Source: Candidatus Altimarinota bacterium | GTDB taxonomy: Bacteria; Patescibacteriota; Gracilibacteria; UBA1369 | NCBI GenBank assembly: GCA_963677745.1 | Contig: OY782391.1 | Span: 864,001 to 928,000, forward strand | Length of the DNA stretch: 64,000 nt | Direction of reading: 5' to 3' | Part shown: one piece after another, positions 9,910 through 20,338 of the stretch | How positions within the stretch are numbered: the first letter of the stretch is position 1 | Layout of the letters: each line of letters starts with the position of its first letter | Translations under genes and position numbers: made by a program | The notes under the pieces: generated by a model | What the model saw: only the letters and a program-made list of their open reading frames with translations | What the model was told of the DNA's origin: nothing | Databases searched by the model: none

Positions 9910-10419
9910 ATGAACAAATTACAACAAAAACTGACACACTATTGCTACGATCTCCTGGCCCGTCGACGTTACTCCATTCACGAAATGGTTACCAAGCTGG
10001 AAGCAAAAAACCATCGATCGGCGGAGCAATGCACGGACCAGGAATTGCAGGAAATATTGGAGGCGTTGATTCAAGCCAACCTGCTCAATGATCATGACTA
10101 TGCCGGTTTTTATCTGGATAATCAGCTGCGCCGCAAGCCCGTTGGTAAGGCCAAAATAAGGCAGCAGCTGCGGGCCCGGGGGATTGATGAGACGATTATC
10201 AGCCGGACACTCAACCGGACCGATATTGATGAACTGGAACTGGCCCGGCAGCTGCTGCAAAAAAAGGCCAAAGCCTATACCGTCCGCCAGCTGGCCGACC
10301 AAAAAATTCAGGCGCGCCTGATGCGCTATCTTGCCGGCAACGGATTCAGGGGGGAAATTTGTTTTAAGGTTTTGAAGGAGCTTGGTCGGACTCCTTCATT
10401 TCATCCAGATACTTTTTGA
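9910..10419 (+). CDS. recX: Regulatory protein RecX
   Basis: LLARR..S..E, LND..YA, G..KI.QQL..RGI, RYL...GF; directly after recA. Confidence 0.88.
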   Translation: MNKLQQKLTHYCYDLLARRRYSIHEMVTKLEAKNHRSAEQCTDQELQEILEALIQANLLNDHDYAGFYLDNQLRRKPVGKAKIRQQLRARGIDETIISRTLNRTDIDELELARQLLQKKAKAYTVRQLADQKIQARLMRYLAGNGFRGEICFKVLKELGRTPSFHPDTF

Positions 10420-11032
10420 TCCGGCCTTCCAGCAAATGATAGGTGTTTTCATCTATTTTACCGGCCTTTAAACGGTCCTCTATCTGGTCTTCCAGTCTGT
10501 ACAGCTCGGCTTCGCAGCGTTTTGATTTCCATTTGTAGGAAGCGTAGACGTCATCAATTTCGTGAAGAAATTTTTTCAGGTATTTTCTTTTTTTCTTGTT
10601 GGCCAGCGAAAAACCGCTGACCGCCAGGAACAGTCCGACTACCGATACTATCAAAGCCAGCATCTGCACCCAGTATTCGCTGAACATTGACTGGATTTTT
10701 ACTCCCCAGCCCTTTCCATTATCTTTCCTGTCATTGGCGGCCTGAATAGTTCTTTTCAGAATATCGGGATTGATCACCACCGGCTTGATTGTTTCCGGGA
10801 CTTTGACCGTATCTGTGGTTGTTGAAGTTTCAGCCGTTGTAGCCGGTTCTGTGGTTAAGGCAGCCTTGTCGATGGTATTAAGTTTGATGGCCGTGCTGTC
10901 AAAAGTGCGTAGGGGCATTGCGGTCGTCTGCACTGGTTCAACCGCGTAACCCGCCTGAAAGAATCCTCCCGCCAGACAGAACAGGAACGACAGGGCCAAT
11001 GGCCGTAATATATTGAGTTTGTTGTTTTTCAC
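10364..11032 (-). CDS. Hypothetical membrane protein with signal peptide, Thr-rich linker, one TM helix and a cytoplasmic helical domain
   Basis: Hydrophobicity pattern; positive-inside KKKRK after the TM helix. Confidence 0.7.
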   Translation of the reverse strand: MKNNKLNILRPLALSFLFCLAGGFFQAGYAVEPVQTTAMPLRTFDSTAIKLNTIDKAALTTEPATTAETSTTTDTVKVPETIKPVVINPDILKRTIQAANDRKDNGKGWGVKIQSMFSEYWVQMLALIVSVVGLFLAVSGFSLANKKKRKYLKKFLHEIDDVYASYKWKSKRCEAELYRLEDQIEDRLKAGKIDENTYHLLEGRIKKYLDEMKESDQAPSKP

Positions 11033-11156
11033 AATAATTTTCTGGAAAAATACAATTGGGACTATACCCCCGGTTTGTTCTTTTTGGCAAACGGACTCTT
11101 CCTGTCAAGTGACCTTTACATCTGGCTTTAGATCAGGTAAATTTATAGTGCTATAT

Positions 11157-11174
11157 GGATCAAAATTTTGATCC
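11157..11174. promoter_or_regulatory. Perfect 18-bp palindrome upstream of nusA
   Basis: GGATCAAAATTTTGATCC. Confidence 0.4.
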
Positions 11175-11195
11175 TGGTATTTTAACGCGCACTGT

Positions 11196-12446
11196 ATGCA
11201 ATCACAATTTTTAGCCGCCATCAATCAGATTTGCGATGAGAAAAACATCCCGAGGGACCAGATAGTTGAGACTATCAAGGCCGCCGTACGGGCTGCTTAT
11301 CGCAAAGACTATGGAAACAAGGATCAGAACATCGATGTGGATCTGGACGAGAAAAGAGAAATGATCACCATCTATCTGGTCAAGGAAATAGTTAAAAAAG
11401 TGGAAAACCCCGATCTTCAAATTGCCCTCAAGGAAGCCCTTCGTTATAAAAAAGGAGCCAAAGTGGGCGGTTCGGTGAAAATTGATGTTACTCCTCTGGA
11501 ATACGGCAGAATCGCCGCGCAATCAGCCAAACAGGTGATTATTCAGAAAATTCAGGAAGCGGAACGCGACATCATGTACAACACTTTCAAGGACCGTGAA
11601 AACGAACTTCTGAATGCCATGGTGCAGCGTGTTGAATACGGCACGGTACACGTGAATCTGGATAACAAACTGACCACCATGCTGCCCTCCGATCAGCAGA
11701 TTCCCCGCGAAAGATATTATGCCGGACAAAGAATCAAATTGTATCTGGACAAGGTTATCAAAACCAGCCGCGGACCTCAGCTGATTATTTCCCGCAATCA
11801 TCCCAACCTGGTTAAAAAACTGATGGAATTGGAAATCCCGGAAATTAAAAACAACCTGGTGGAAATTAAAAACATTGCCAGAGAGCCCGGCGTACGTTCC
11901 AAAGTCGCTGTCTCCTCCAACGATCCAAAGATCGACCCGATCGGTTCCTGTGTCGGCCAAAAAGGCGTACGCGTGCAGAATGTCATGGATGAGCTGAACG
12001 GGGAAAGAATTGATATCATTCAATGGTCCGAAGATATTGAACAGTATATTCGCACGGCTCTGGCTCCCGCCAAGGTTGCCGCCATTGAACTCAGCAAAGA
12101 CGAAAGAAGAGCCAAGATATTTGTCAATCCCGATCAGAGACCTCTAGCCATCGGAAAAAACGGCCAAAATGTACGTCTGGCTTCCCGCCTGACAGGCTAT
12201 GAACTGGATATCATGGATATCGGGGAAATGACCGGCGCCGCCGAAGCCGCCAAAGAAGAGGCCAAGGTTCTGGAAATCAAGGATCTGCCAAATCTCACCC
12301 CGGAAATAGTCGAAAAACTGGCTGCCGCCAATCTGACCATGGTTCAGCAGCTCAAAGGACTTTCCATCGGTGATCTGGCCGGAATAGAAGGCCTTTCCGA
12401 AGATGATGCTTCCCTGATTGCCGAAGAAGTTTCCAAAGCCCTCTGA
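11196..12446 (+). CDS. nusA: Transcription factor NusA
   Basis: GRIAAQSAKQ, S1 and KH domains (AREPG.RSK, CVGQKG, AIGKNGQN). Confidence 0.97.
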   Translation: MQSQFLAAINQICDEKNIPRDQIVETIKAAVRAAYRKDYGNKDQNIDVDLDEKREMITIYLVKEIVKKVENPDLQIALKEALRYKKGAKVGGSVKIDVTPLEYGRIAAQSAKQVIIQKIQEAERDIMYNTFKDRENELLNAMVQRVEYGTVHVNLDNKLTTMLPSDQQIPRERYYAGQRIKLYLDKVIKTSRGPQLIISRNHPNLVKKLMELEIPEIKNNLVEIKNIAREPGVRSKVAVSSNDPKIDPIGSCVGQKGVRVQNVMDELNGERIDIIQWSEDIEQYIRTALAPAKVAAIELSKDERRAKIFVNPDQRPLAIGKNGQNVRLASRLTGYELDIMDIGEMTGAAEAAKEEAKVLEIKDLPNLTPEIVEKLAAANLTMVQQLKGLSIGDLAGIEGLSEDDASLIAEEVSKAL

Positions 12447-12465
12447 TCCAATCAATCTCACTCTG

Positions 12466-12498
12466 AAAGAACCGGCTGATCCAGCTGGTTCTTTTTTG
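12466..12498 (+). terminator. Intrinsic terminator after nusA
   Basis: AAAGAACCGGCTG / CAGCTGGTTCTTT hairpin plus T-run. Confidence 0.75.
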
Positions 12499-12539
12499 TT
12501 ATTTGTGCTAAAATATTGAGATATATTTATCAGTCAGTC

Positions 12540-14333
12540 ATGCCAGTAGATCCCCAAACAATCAAAGATCCCGCAGCATCTGCCGACGCAGCCCAGGCCG
12601 GCCAGCAGCCGGTTCAGCAGCTGACCGTGAGCAAGGCCGAACTGCAATCCACGGAGCAGACTCAGCAGACCGGGCAACCCGAGAAAACAGCAGAGCAGCA
12701 AAAAATGGAGAGCGGTTTGGAGAAAATCAACCGTGAAGCCAAAGAAAAGGCCACTCAGGAAAAGGCCGCTTCCATGAACATGAATTACGTCGACATTGCC
12801 GTGACCCCGGTCAATCCCGATCTGTTGAAAATCATCAGTGCCGAAACTGCCAAAAAGAATCTGATCATGCCGTTTTACCGGCTTGGTAAAAAGCTGCGCC
12901 TTACCGTGGCCCATCCCACCAATCCGTCAGTGCGGGAGGTAATTAATGAGCTGAAACAACAGGGCTACCTGATCAACATTAATCTTTCCTCGGAGGAGGG
13001 GATATTGGAAGCCCTCAAGCTCTATGAAACCGACCAGTACAAGGTCAAGAAAGAACTGGTCACCACCATGGACGAGGCCAAAATTAAGACTTACGAAAAG
13101 GAATTGGCCGAACTGTCCGGACTGGGCGCCAAAATCAAGGAAATTAATTCCGAAGAGGCTGTATATCTGATCGGAGTGGGGGCTTTGCGTGCCGGTTCAT
13201 CGGATATCCATCTGGAGGCCGAAGAGACTTACGTGCGGGCCAGATTCAGGATTGACGGTCTGTTGCATGAGGTTTTCCGCATCGACAAATCGGTCTGGCA
13301 GAATATCAGCAATCAGATCAAATATCTTTCCAAGATGCGTTTGAACGTCAACAATGTGCCCCAGGACGGACGCTACAATTTTCAGGTAAATGAACGCAAA
13401 ATCGACGTCAGAGTCTCGGTGCTGCCCACCGAATTCGGTGAAAGTTTTGTAATGAGACTCTTGGATTCTGGCAGACATTTGGTCAGCTTCGAGGAGCTTG
13501 GTTACAGCGGCCAGTATCTGCAAAAAATTGAAAATCTGACCAAAATCAGCCACGGCATGATCCTGATGACGGGCCCTACGGGCTCAGGTAAAACGACCTC
13601 CCTCTATACAATGCTTTCCAAATTCAATAATCCGGAATCAAAAATTATTACTTTGGAAGATCCGATTGAATACCACCTGGAAGGAATTTCCCAGAGCCAG
13701 ATTCATGAAAAGGGGGGATACACCTTTGGCAGCGGCCTGCGCTCGATTCTCCGCCAGGATCCCGAGGTGATCATGATCGGTGAAATCCGCGACCTGGAAA
13801 CGGCCGAAACCGCCGCGCAGGCCGCGCTGACCGGCCACGTCCTGCTGTCCACTCTCCACACCAATTCCGCCATTGAAACCATTCCGCGCCTGATCAACAT
13901 CGGTCTGCCCGCTTTCATGATTGCCCCTTCGCTGCATACCATTATCGCCCAGCGTCTGGCACGTAAGATTTGCCCCAATTGCCGCGAAGAAAAACCGGTT
14001 ACCAAAGCCGAGCTGGATGAGATTACCAGAGTGGTCGAGAGCATCAGGCGGGTCCGTCCCTCTGAGGAAATTGTCATACCGGCGACGCTTCCCGAAGCCA
14101 AAGGCTGCGAAATTTGCAGTCACACCGGTTACAAAGGCCGCGTGGCCGTCGTGGAAATGCTGGAAGTGGACTATGAACTGAAAGATCTGATCCTGAACAA
14201 AGCCAGTACCACCAAAATGATCGAATCGGCCCGCCGCAAGGGCATGATTACCATGAGGGAGGACGGAGTACTGAAAGTGCTTCAGGGCCTGACCAACCTG
14301 GAAGAAGTGCATCGCGTGACTTCCATCGGCTGA
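12540..14333 (+). CDS. Type IV pilus/T2SS assembly ATPase (PilB/GspE family)
   Basis: SDIH, PQDGR, GPTGSGKTT, EDPIE, LRQDP, STLHTN, CxxC...CxxC. Confidence 0.94.
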   Translation: MPVDPQTIKDPAASADAAQAGQQPVQQLTVSKAELQSTEQTQQTGQPEKTAEQQKMESGLEKINREAKEKATQEKAASMNMNYVDIAVTPVNPDLLKIISAETAKKNLIMPFYRLGKKLRLTVAHPTNPSVREVINELKQQGYLININLSSEEGILEALKLYETDQYKVKKELVTTMDEAKIKTYEKELAELSGLGAKIKEINSEEAVYLIGVGALRAGSSDIHLEAEETYVRARFRIDGLLHEVFRIDKSVWQNISNQIKYLSKMRLNVNNVPQDGRYNFQVNERKIDVRVSVLPTEFGESFVMRLLDSGRHLVSFEELGYSGQYLQKIENLTKISHGMILMTGPTGSGKTTSLYTMLSKFNNPESKIITLEDPIEYHLEGISQSQIHEKGGYTFGSGLRSILRQDPEVIMIGEIRDLETAETAAQAALTGHVLLSTLHTNSAIETIPRLINIGLPAFMIAPSLHTIIAQRLARKICPNCREEKPVTKAELDEITRVVESIRRVRPSEEIVIPATLPEAKGCEICSHTGYKGRVAVVEMLEVDYELKDLILNKASTTKMIESARRKGMITMREDGVLKVLQGLTNLEEVHRVTSIG

Positions 14334-14338
14334 TAAAT

Positions 14339-15433
14339 TCAATCGGCCAGTAATTTCCATTTTGAACCTTCCGTTTTTCCGATCACACCGGCAATTTCCA
14401 GTTTGCTGATGCTTTGCAGCAGTTCACTCCATTCCAGTTTGCCCATCATCAACAGTCCCTCGGCAGACTGCTCTTCCCGGCCCAGCAGGTCGATAATTCG
14501 CTTATCCGCCAATTCAAGATTAACGCCTGCACCGGCGCTCTGAGGCCGGGCGCTGATCAGCCGCCGGTCAGCCAAACTTTCCAATACATCGCCGACTGAA
14601 CAGACCAGCTGGGCCGGGCCCTTTTTAATCAGCTCATTGCAACCGCGGCTGGTTGGTTTGCCCGGATCACCCGGGAAGGCCAAAACGGTTTTTCCCTGTT
14701 CCAGAGCGTATTCGGCGGTTATCAGCGCTCCCGACTTTTTAGCCGCCTCAACGATCACCACGGTATGGGACAGAGCGGCGATAAGCCGGTTTCTCTCCAA
14801 AAAACGGTGTTTGAAGGCATCGGAAGTCACCGGATATTCGGAAATAATCGCCCCGCCCTTTTCCAGAATCCGGTCGGCCAGACCGGTGTGACTGGTCGGG
14901 GTTACTTTGGCTATACCGGAAGCCAGAATGCCGATTGTGAGTCCCCCGCTTTTGATCACCCCGGCATGGGCGGCCGCATCAATTCCGAAGGCCAGTCCGC
15001 TCACCACAGTCAGGGCGCGCTGGCCGCAGGCACCCGCCAGCGCAAAAGACAGTTTTTCCCCGGCGCCGCTGGACTTTCTGGTCCCGACTATCGCAATCCG
15101 GTTGGTCAGAACTGACAATTCCGCCCCTTTGCGGTAAATCAAAAAAGGCGGCGCCGTAATCTGCCCAAGTTCCTGCGGAAACTCCGGGCTGGCTCTGTCA
15201 ATCAGCTTTATATCCTGATCCCACAGCTTTTCCATGGCCCGTCCCAGATCGAGTTTCGCCCGAAGCTCCACCACCCGCCGGGAGTATACCTCTCCCAACC
15301 CCGCCGCCTCCAGCTCGGAGGCGGCGGCCCTTTCCCAGGCATACTGAAAATCCTGGAAGCGGCAGAAAATCTTCCATAGTTTTTGATAATCGGTATTTTC
15401 AACATGCCAGAAGGCATGAATATATTTTGCCAT
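14339..15433 (-). CDS. dprA: DNA processing protein DprA
   Basis: AIVGTR, VSGLA.GID, FLERNRLIA, SGALITA. Confidence 0.94.
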   Translation of the reverse strand: MAKYIHAFWHVENTDYQKLWKIFCRFQDFQYAWERAAASELEAAGLGEVYSRRVVELRAKLDLGRAMEKLWDQDIKLIDRASPEFPQELGQITAPPFLIYRKGAELSVLTNRIAIVGTRKSSGAGEKLSFALAGACGQRALTVVSGLAFGIDAAAHAGVIKSGGLTIGILASGIAKVTPTSHTGLADRILEKGGAIISEYPVTSDAFKHRFLERNRLIAALSHTVVIVEAAKKSGALITAEYALEQGKTVLAFPGDPGKPTSRGCNELIKKGPAQLVCSVGDVLESLADRRLISARPQSAGAGVNLELADKRIIDLLGREEQSAEGLLMMGKLEWSELLQSISKLEIAGVIGKTEGSKWKLLAD

Positions 15434-15547
15434 TTTCCTATAAGACAATTCAAATGAGCCGAGCCTTACCCAGCCTAGCAAAACATTATGATCCCGATAT
15501 AAAATTTTCTTAAAACCGGCCAACCGGCCGGTAATGCCAGATACGCT

Positions 15548-16222
15548 CTAAATATATTCGCTGGAGCCCTTGTCCCCGACAATTTTGCCGTTTTCCAGCT
15601 TTACCACCCGCCTTTTCAGCGAGTTGACGATCTCTTTGTTATGAGTGGTCAGAATTATGGAAATGCCTTTTTGATTGATATCCAGAAACAATTTGATAAT
15701 TTCCTGGGCGGTTTTCGGGTCCAGATTGCCGGTAGGTTCATCCGCCACCAGCAGTCCCGGCTGATGCACGAGTGCCCTGGCAATAGCCGTACGCTGTTTT
15801 TCACCGCCCGACAGCTGATTGGGGAAATGGTTGGCCTGATCCAGCAGTCCCACCACCTTCAGCACCTCATGCACCCTGCTCCGGATCATTGCCTTTTCCA
15901 CACCGCATACCTCCAGGGCAAAAGCCACATTTTCAAACACGGTTTTCTGCGGCAGCAGACGGTAGTCCTGAAACACCACCCCGATTTTACGGCGGTAATA
16001 TTGCATTTCTTTGTCGGTCATTTCTGTTATCCGGTAGCCGTCCACGGTGATGTTTCCACCCTGGATTTTCTCCGAGCCGATCAGCGCGTAAACCAGAGTG
16101 GATTTACCGGCGCCGGACGGGCCGATTACAGAAACAAATTCACCCGGCAGAATGGTCAGCGACACGCCGTCCAGAACTTTCTTGTTTTTATATTTTTTAA
16201 CTACCCGGTCAAAAATAATCAT
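15548..16222 (-). CDS. ftsE: Cell division ABC ATPase FtsE
   Basis: GPSGAGKS, RR.IGVVFQD.RLL, LSGGE, ADEPTGNLD. Confidence 0.88.
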   Translation of the reverse strand: MIIFDRVVKKYKNKKVLDGVSLTILPGEFVSVIGPSGAGKSTLVYALIGSEKIQGGNITVDGYRITEMTDKEMQYYRRKIGVVFQDYRLLPQKTVFENVAFALEVCGVEKAMIRSRVHEVLKVVGLLDQANHFPNQLSGGEKQRTAIARALVHQPGLLVADEPTGNLDPKTAQEIIKLFLDINQKGISIILTTHNKEIVNSLKRRVVKLENGKIVGDKGSSEYI

Positions 16223-16420
16223 GCGCAGTTTTTAACTGACATCATCTTAGCACAAACCTTATTCCGCACAAATTTTCACCACAAATCATACCGCAGCTGT
16301 CAATGACCGCTTTTGCTCACTTCGAACAACCCCTCTACAGGGCTTACACAAAGCCCTTAACAAGAGTCTGGATAATCAGCGAAGGACGACTGGCTAATCA
16401 ACAGATAAGGCGGAGCTGGA

Positions 16421-17380
16421 TTATTTGTGATATTTCTGATGAATTTCCTTCAACCGGCGATTAGTCAGGTGGGTATATATCTGGGTAGTCGTGATTGAGC
16501 TGTGGCCCAGCATTTCCTGAACGGAACGGATATCGGCGCCATTTTTCAGCAGTTCCGTGGCAAAACTGTGGCGCAGTTTGTGGGGAGTAACTCTTTTGAC
16601 CAGGCCCGCCTTGCGGGCATAATTGCGGATCAGATACTGAACCATGGTGGCAGTAATGCGGCGGTTTTCGTCACGTCCCACCACCGCCCGCTGCTTCTCG
16701 TCGAGAGATTTTCCGCGGCCGTGGCTGATAAATACCGGTTTCAGCGAGTCGCGGCGGGCAGCCAGATAATTGCCCAGTGCGGCAACAGCGTCATCGGACA
16801 GAAAAACAATGCGGTACTTGCCGCCTTTTCCAATTACCCGGAATTCGCGGGTTTCCAGATTTATTTGTTCGCAATCCAGGCCGACCAGTTCGCTGATACG
16901 CAGTCCCGTGGAATAAAGAGTCCGCAGTATGGCCAGATCCCTTTTTCCGTTCAACCCGGACAAATCCACGGCGGCAAACAACCTCTCCAGCTCCTCTCTT
17001 TCCAGAAAATCAACAGTGCGCTGCTGCGTCTTACCCAGCTCCACCTTTTCCGGCGCCAAAGTCTCAAAATCCTGCCGAGTCAGGTATTTCAAAAAAGCCC
17101 GCAGCGCGATAATATGATAGGCCTGCGTCTTGGCATTCAGCAGCGGTTTCCGGTCCTCGTCCTGCAACCTGTTCAGATATAACCGGTAACGATTGACCAA
17201 TTCCAGATCTATCTGCTTCACTTCCAGCTGTTCTCCGGCAAAAGAAGCGAATCGCTTAAGATAATGCCGGTAATTTTCCAGCGTTTTATCGGCCTGATTC
17301 CTGGTGATTTCGCAGTATTCCAGAAAGCGCCTGACGCCTTCGCCCAGAGTAATTTCCTGATTTGGAGAATTTTCTTTCAT
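16421..17380 (-). CDS. Xer-family tyrosine recombinase
   Basis: TGLRISE, GKG.K.R, TPHKLRHSFAT, LGH, TTQIYTH. Confidence 0.92.
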   Translation of the reverse strand: MKENSPNQEITLGEGVRRFLEYCEITRNQADKTLENYRHYLKRFASFAGEQLEVKQIDLELVNRYRLYLNRLQDEDRKPLLNAKTQAYHIIALRAFLKYLTRQDFETLAPEKVELGKTQQRTVDFLEREELERLFAAVDLSGLNGKRDLAILRTLYSTGLRISELVGLDCEQINLETREFRVIGKGGKYRIVFLSDDAVAALGNYLAARRDSLKPVFISHGRGKSLDEKQRAVVGRDENRRITATMVQYLIRNYARKAGLVKRVTPHKLRHSFATELLKNGADIRSVQEMLGHSSITTTQIYTHLTNRRLKEIHQKYHK

Positions 17381-17454
17381 GGCAGCGATATACTAGCACT
17401 TTTCAGCGGGCAAAAAAAATACTATACTTCGCAGGTAGTTAACGGCTGAAATCT

Positions 17455-17901
<447 letters not shown>

Positions 17902-18921
17902 TTAAACTCTGGGAACGTTCGGATCGGCTGGAATTGCCCCCGGTCCCTCGTTTCCACTTAGATCAACCTGCTTGAAATCCGGGCCGGCTTCTTCAGGAGT
18001 CGGTACAAGGGTATCAGCCTCAGCTGGCAGAGTATTCTGTTCAAAAGCCTTGGCTATCGCTTGAGCGGCTCTAAATTGTGCCAAAGCTTGATCTGCTTGA
18101 GCTTGTAGAGCAGGAGGTACGTTATTGCCTGCCTTGGCCAATTTCTGCTGTAAAACGCCGCTTTCCTGTCTGGCATTGGTTGCGTTGTCAACGGCCTCTT
18201 TTGCTTTTATGCCTCTATGTAATGACAAATCATCACTGACTTTTTTCAGAGATCCGCTTAAGCTGGTCAGATATGCATGATCTATTTTCATATCAGTCAG
18301 AATATCGTTAAATCTTTCTTTGACCAAAGGATCCTTTACTGCTTCAACTCCCTTGATCATCGCATCAAGATTGGCAACCCTTGCGTCAATGGAAGTCAAA
18401 GTATTGTCCAGATCTTTCTCGACAATATTTAGCGAGGTTACATCATTCGGTTTATCAAGCGGGAAGTCATTTGCAGTCAATTTTCCTAAGTCTTCCCCAT
18501 GTTTTTTGTCTTTTCCAATGGCATCCTGATCCAGCCTATATTCTCCGGCAACCTGAGTACAAGTAGTGACTTCTTTGGCTGTATTTTCCAGATTTTCCCT
18601 GGCGGCCAGAATATCATGTCTGGCTGCATCAACTGCATCTTTTATTGCGTTGATCGACCTTAACTGCTCTGCCGTCGAGGCAGAATCTCCCTCAACCTTA
18701 GTTTTATCAGGCAGTGCGCTCTCCACTTTGGTGATCGCATCCATTGCTTTTTGCTGTGCCTGTTCGGGCGTCATGCCGCCTGCGACATCCTTTTTTTCCT
18801 GTTCCTTGGCGGCCTCCAGCGCAGCCTTTTGGGCTGACTCATCTATTGGAGCATTTTCCAAATAAACAAATCTTTTTCCCAGCAGTTCCGGTTTCTCCAG
18901 ATTGAATTTGGTGTTTTGCAT
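17902..18921 (-). CDS. Hypothetical coiled-coil protein, paralog of the ORF at 18962
   Basis: Shares NTKFNxEKxxLxGKRFxY leader and a colinear helical body with its neighbour. Confidence 0.75.
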   Translation of the reverse strand: MQNTKFNLEKPELLGKRFVYLENAPIDESAQKAALEAAKEQEKKDVAGGMTPEQAQQKAMDAITKVESALPDKTKVEGDSASTAEQLRSINAIKDAVDAARHDILAARENLENTAKEVTTCTQVAGEYRLDQDAIGKDKKHGEDLGKLTANDFPLDKPNDVTSLNIVEKDLDNTLTSIDARVANLDAMIKGVEAVKDPLVKERFNDILTDMKIDHAYLTSLSGSLKKVSDDLSLHRGIKAKEAVDNATNARQESGVLQQKLAKAGNNVPPALQAQADQALAQFRAAQAIAKAFEQNTLPAEADTLVPTPEEAGPDFKQVDLSGNEGPGAIPADPNVPRV

Positions 18922-18961
18922 ATTGTAGTTCAAATTTTCTTTCGATGGATATCAATTCCAA

Positions 18962-19879
18962 TTAAGCCACCTTATTTGGATTGTCTTTATCCTGGTAGGC
19001 GGCAGCCACTGCCTGGGCGGCCTTAAATTCTGCATATGCCACATTAGCTTCTTCTTCCATTTTCGGAGTGACCGCACCGGCCTTTTTGGCGTTTTCCAGC
19101 TGGGTCTGCTTTGTTCCGCTGGCTTGCTGAGCTTCCAGCACTTTCTTTGCGGCTGCCTTCATCGATTCGCCTTTATAGGCATTCAAATCGGAAGAAACCA
19201 TGATCAGTTTTTCCTGGGTAAACTGCAAGACTTTTGCCTCGTTTGTAATTTCAGTCAACAAAGTACTGAACTTTTCTTTCATAGCGGGATCCTTGAGATT
19301 GGAAAGTGTTTCTCTCAGTGGAGTAAGGGCTTTTAGTCTGGCGTCTATAGTCGCGACTTGTTTGTCAATTCTGGTAACATTATTTGCGAGATCAGCCACA
19401 CCTTCTGGAGTATCCACCAGAAAATCTTCCCGTTTTAATTTTGACATACCATCGGCATCCGTTTTTTCAGTTGCTATCTCTGCTTTCATCGCAGTGAAGT
19501 TGCCTTCAGCGGCTGTGGCATCAGTTACATCTTTTTCTGTTACCTTTAAGCCGTTTCTGGCCTCTGATATTGCCCTTCTACAGGCATTGGCAGCGTCTTT
19601 AACCTGATTGAAAAGGCCCACCTGTTCTGCTTTTTCGGCGGCTCCTAAATCGGCATTCATCGGATCCGGTATAGACTTTATAATATTACTGATTGCATTT
19701 TGAGCATCAGTCTCTGCCTGATCGACAGATTTTCCGGTTTGGACAGCTTCTTTTTCCTGCTCCTTTACCGCTTCCAAGGCTGCCTGCTGGGCTGCCAGAT
19801 CAATCGGCTTATATTCCTGATAGATAAATCTTTTTCCGAACAGATCTAATTTTTCCTGATTGAATTTTGTGTTTTTCAT
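18962..19879 (-). CDS. Hypothetical coiled-coil protein, paralog of the ORF at 17902
   Basis: Same leader and helical body as the ORF at 17902. Confidence 0.75.
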   Translation of the reverse strand: MKNTKFNQEKLDLFGKRFIYQEYKPIDLAAQQAALEAVKEQEKEAVQTGKSVDQAETDAQNAISNIIKSIPDPMNADLGAAEKAEQVGLFNQVKDAANACRRAISEARNGLKVTEKDVTDATAAEGNFTAMKAEIATEKTDADGMSKLKREDFLVDTPEGVADLANNVTRIDKQVATIDARLKALTPLRETLSNLKDPAMKEKFSTLLTEITNEAKVLQFTQEKLIMVSSDLNAYKGESMKAAAKKVLEAQQASGTKQTQLENAKKAGAVTPKMEEEANVAYAEFKAAQAVAAAYQDKDNPNKVA

Positions 19880-19911
19880 GTTTGTTTTAATTATTTGTTA
19901 TTAATTAATTT

Positions 19912-20226
19912 TTAAATATTGTTCATTTGGTTGAGAAGCTTTTCTTCTTCGCCTTTATCTCTATCCACCTGGATTTTTTCCATTCTTTTTGAAGAATCTT
20001 TTTTCTCTGCTTTAACCAGATTGTTAAAATTGCTGACCTGTTTTTCCACCTCCTGGTTGAAATTATTGTTAATTTCATTGTGCAGATTGGCTTCTCTTTG
20101 AAAAATCCCGGCAAAGTCCTCCTGCAGCTGACCTTCTGCCTTTAGGATTTGCTGTTGCAGCTCCTTCGACATTGTCTTGAAGGCAGTCGAATTATTTATT
20201 AATTGTAGATAAACTGACTGATCCAT
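19912..20226 (-). CDS. Small hypothetical coiled-coil protein
   Basis: Q/E/K-rich ORF co-oriented with the paralog pair. Confidence 0.6.
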   Translation of the reverse strand: MDQSVYLQLINNSTAFKTMSKELQQQILKAEGQLQEDFAGIFQREANLHNEINNNFNQEVEKQVSNFNNLVKAEKKDSSKRMEKIQVDRDKGEEEKLLNQMNNI

Positions 20227-20338
20227 TTCTTGGGCTTTTAAAATATCTTTACATAATATCACAAATTATGGGTTTTGCCAAGAGTGCGGAAATATGTTAG
20301 AATAAATAGAAATCAATTATAAAGAGTCACAGAAAATT

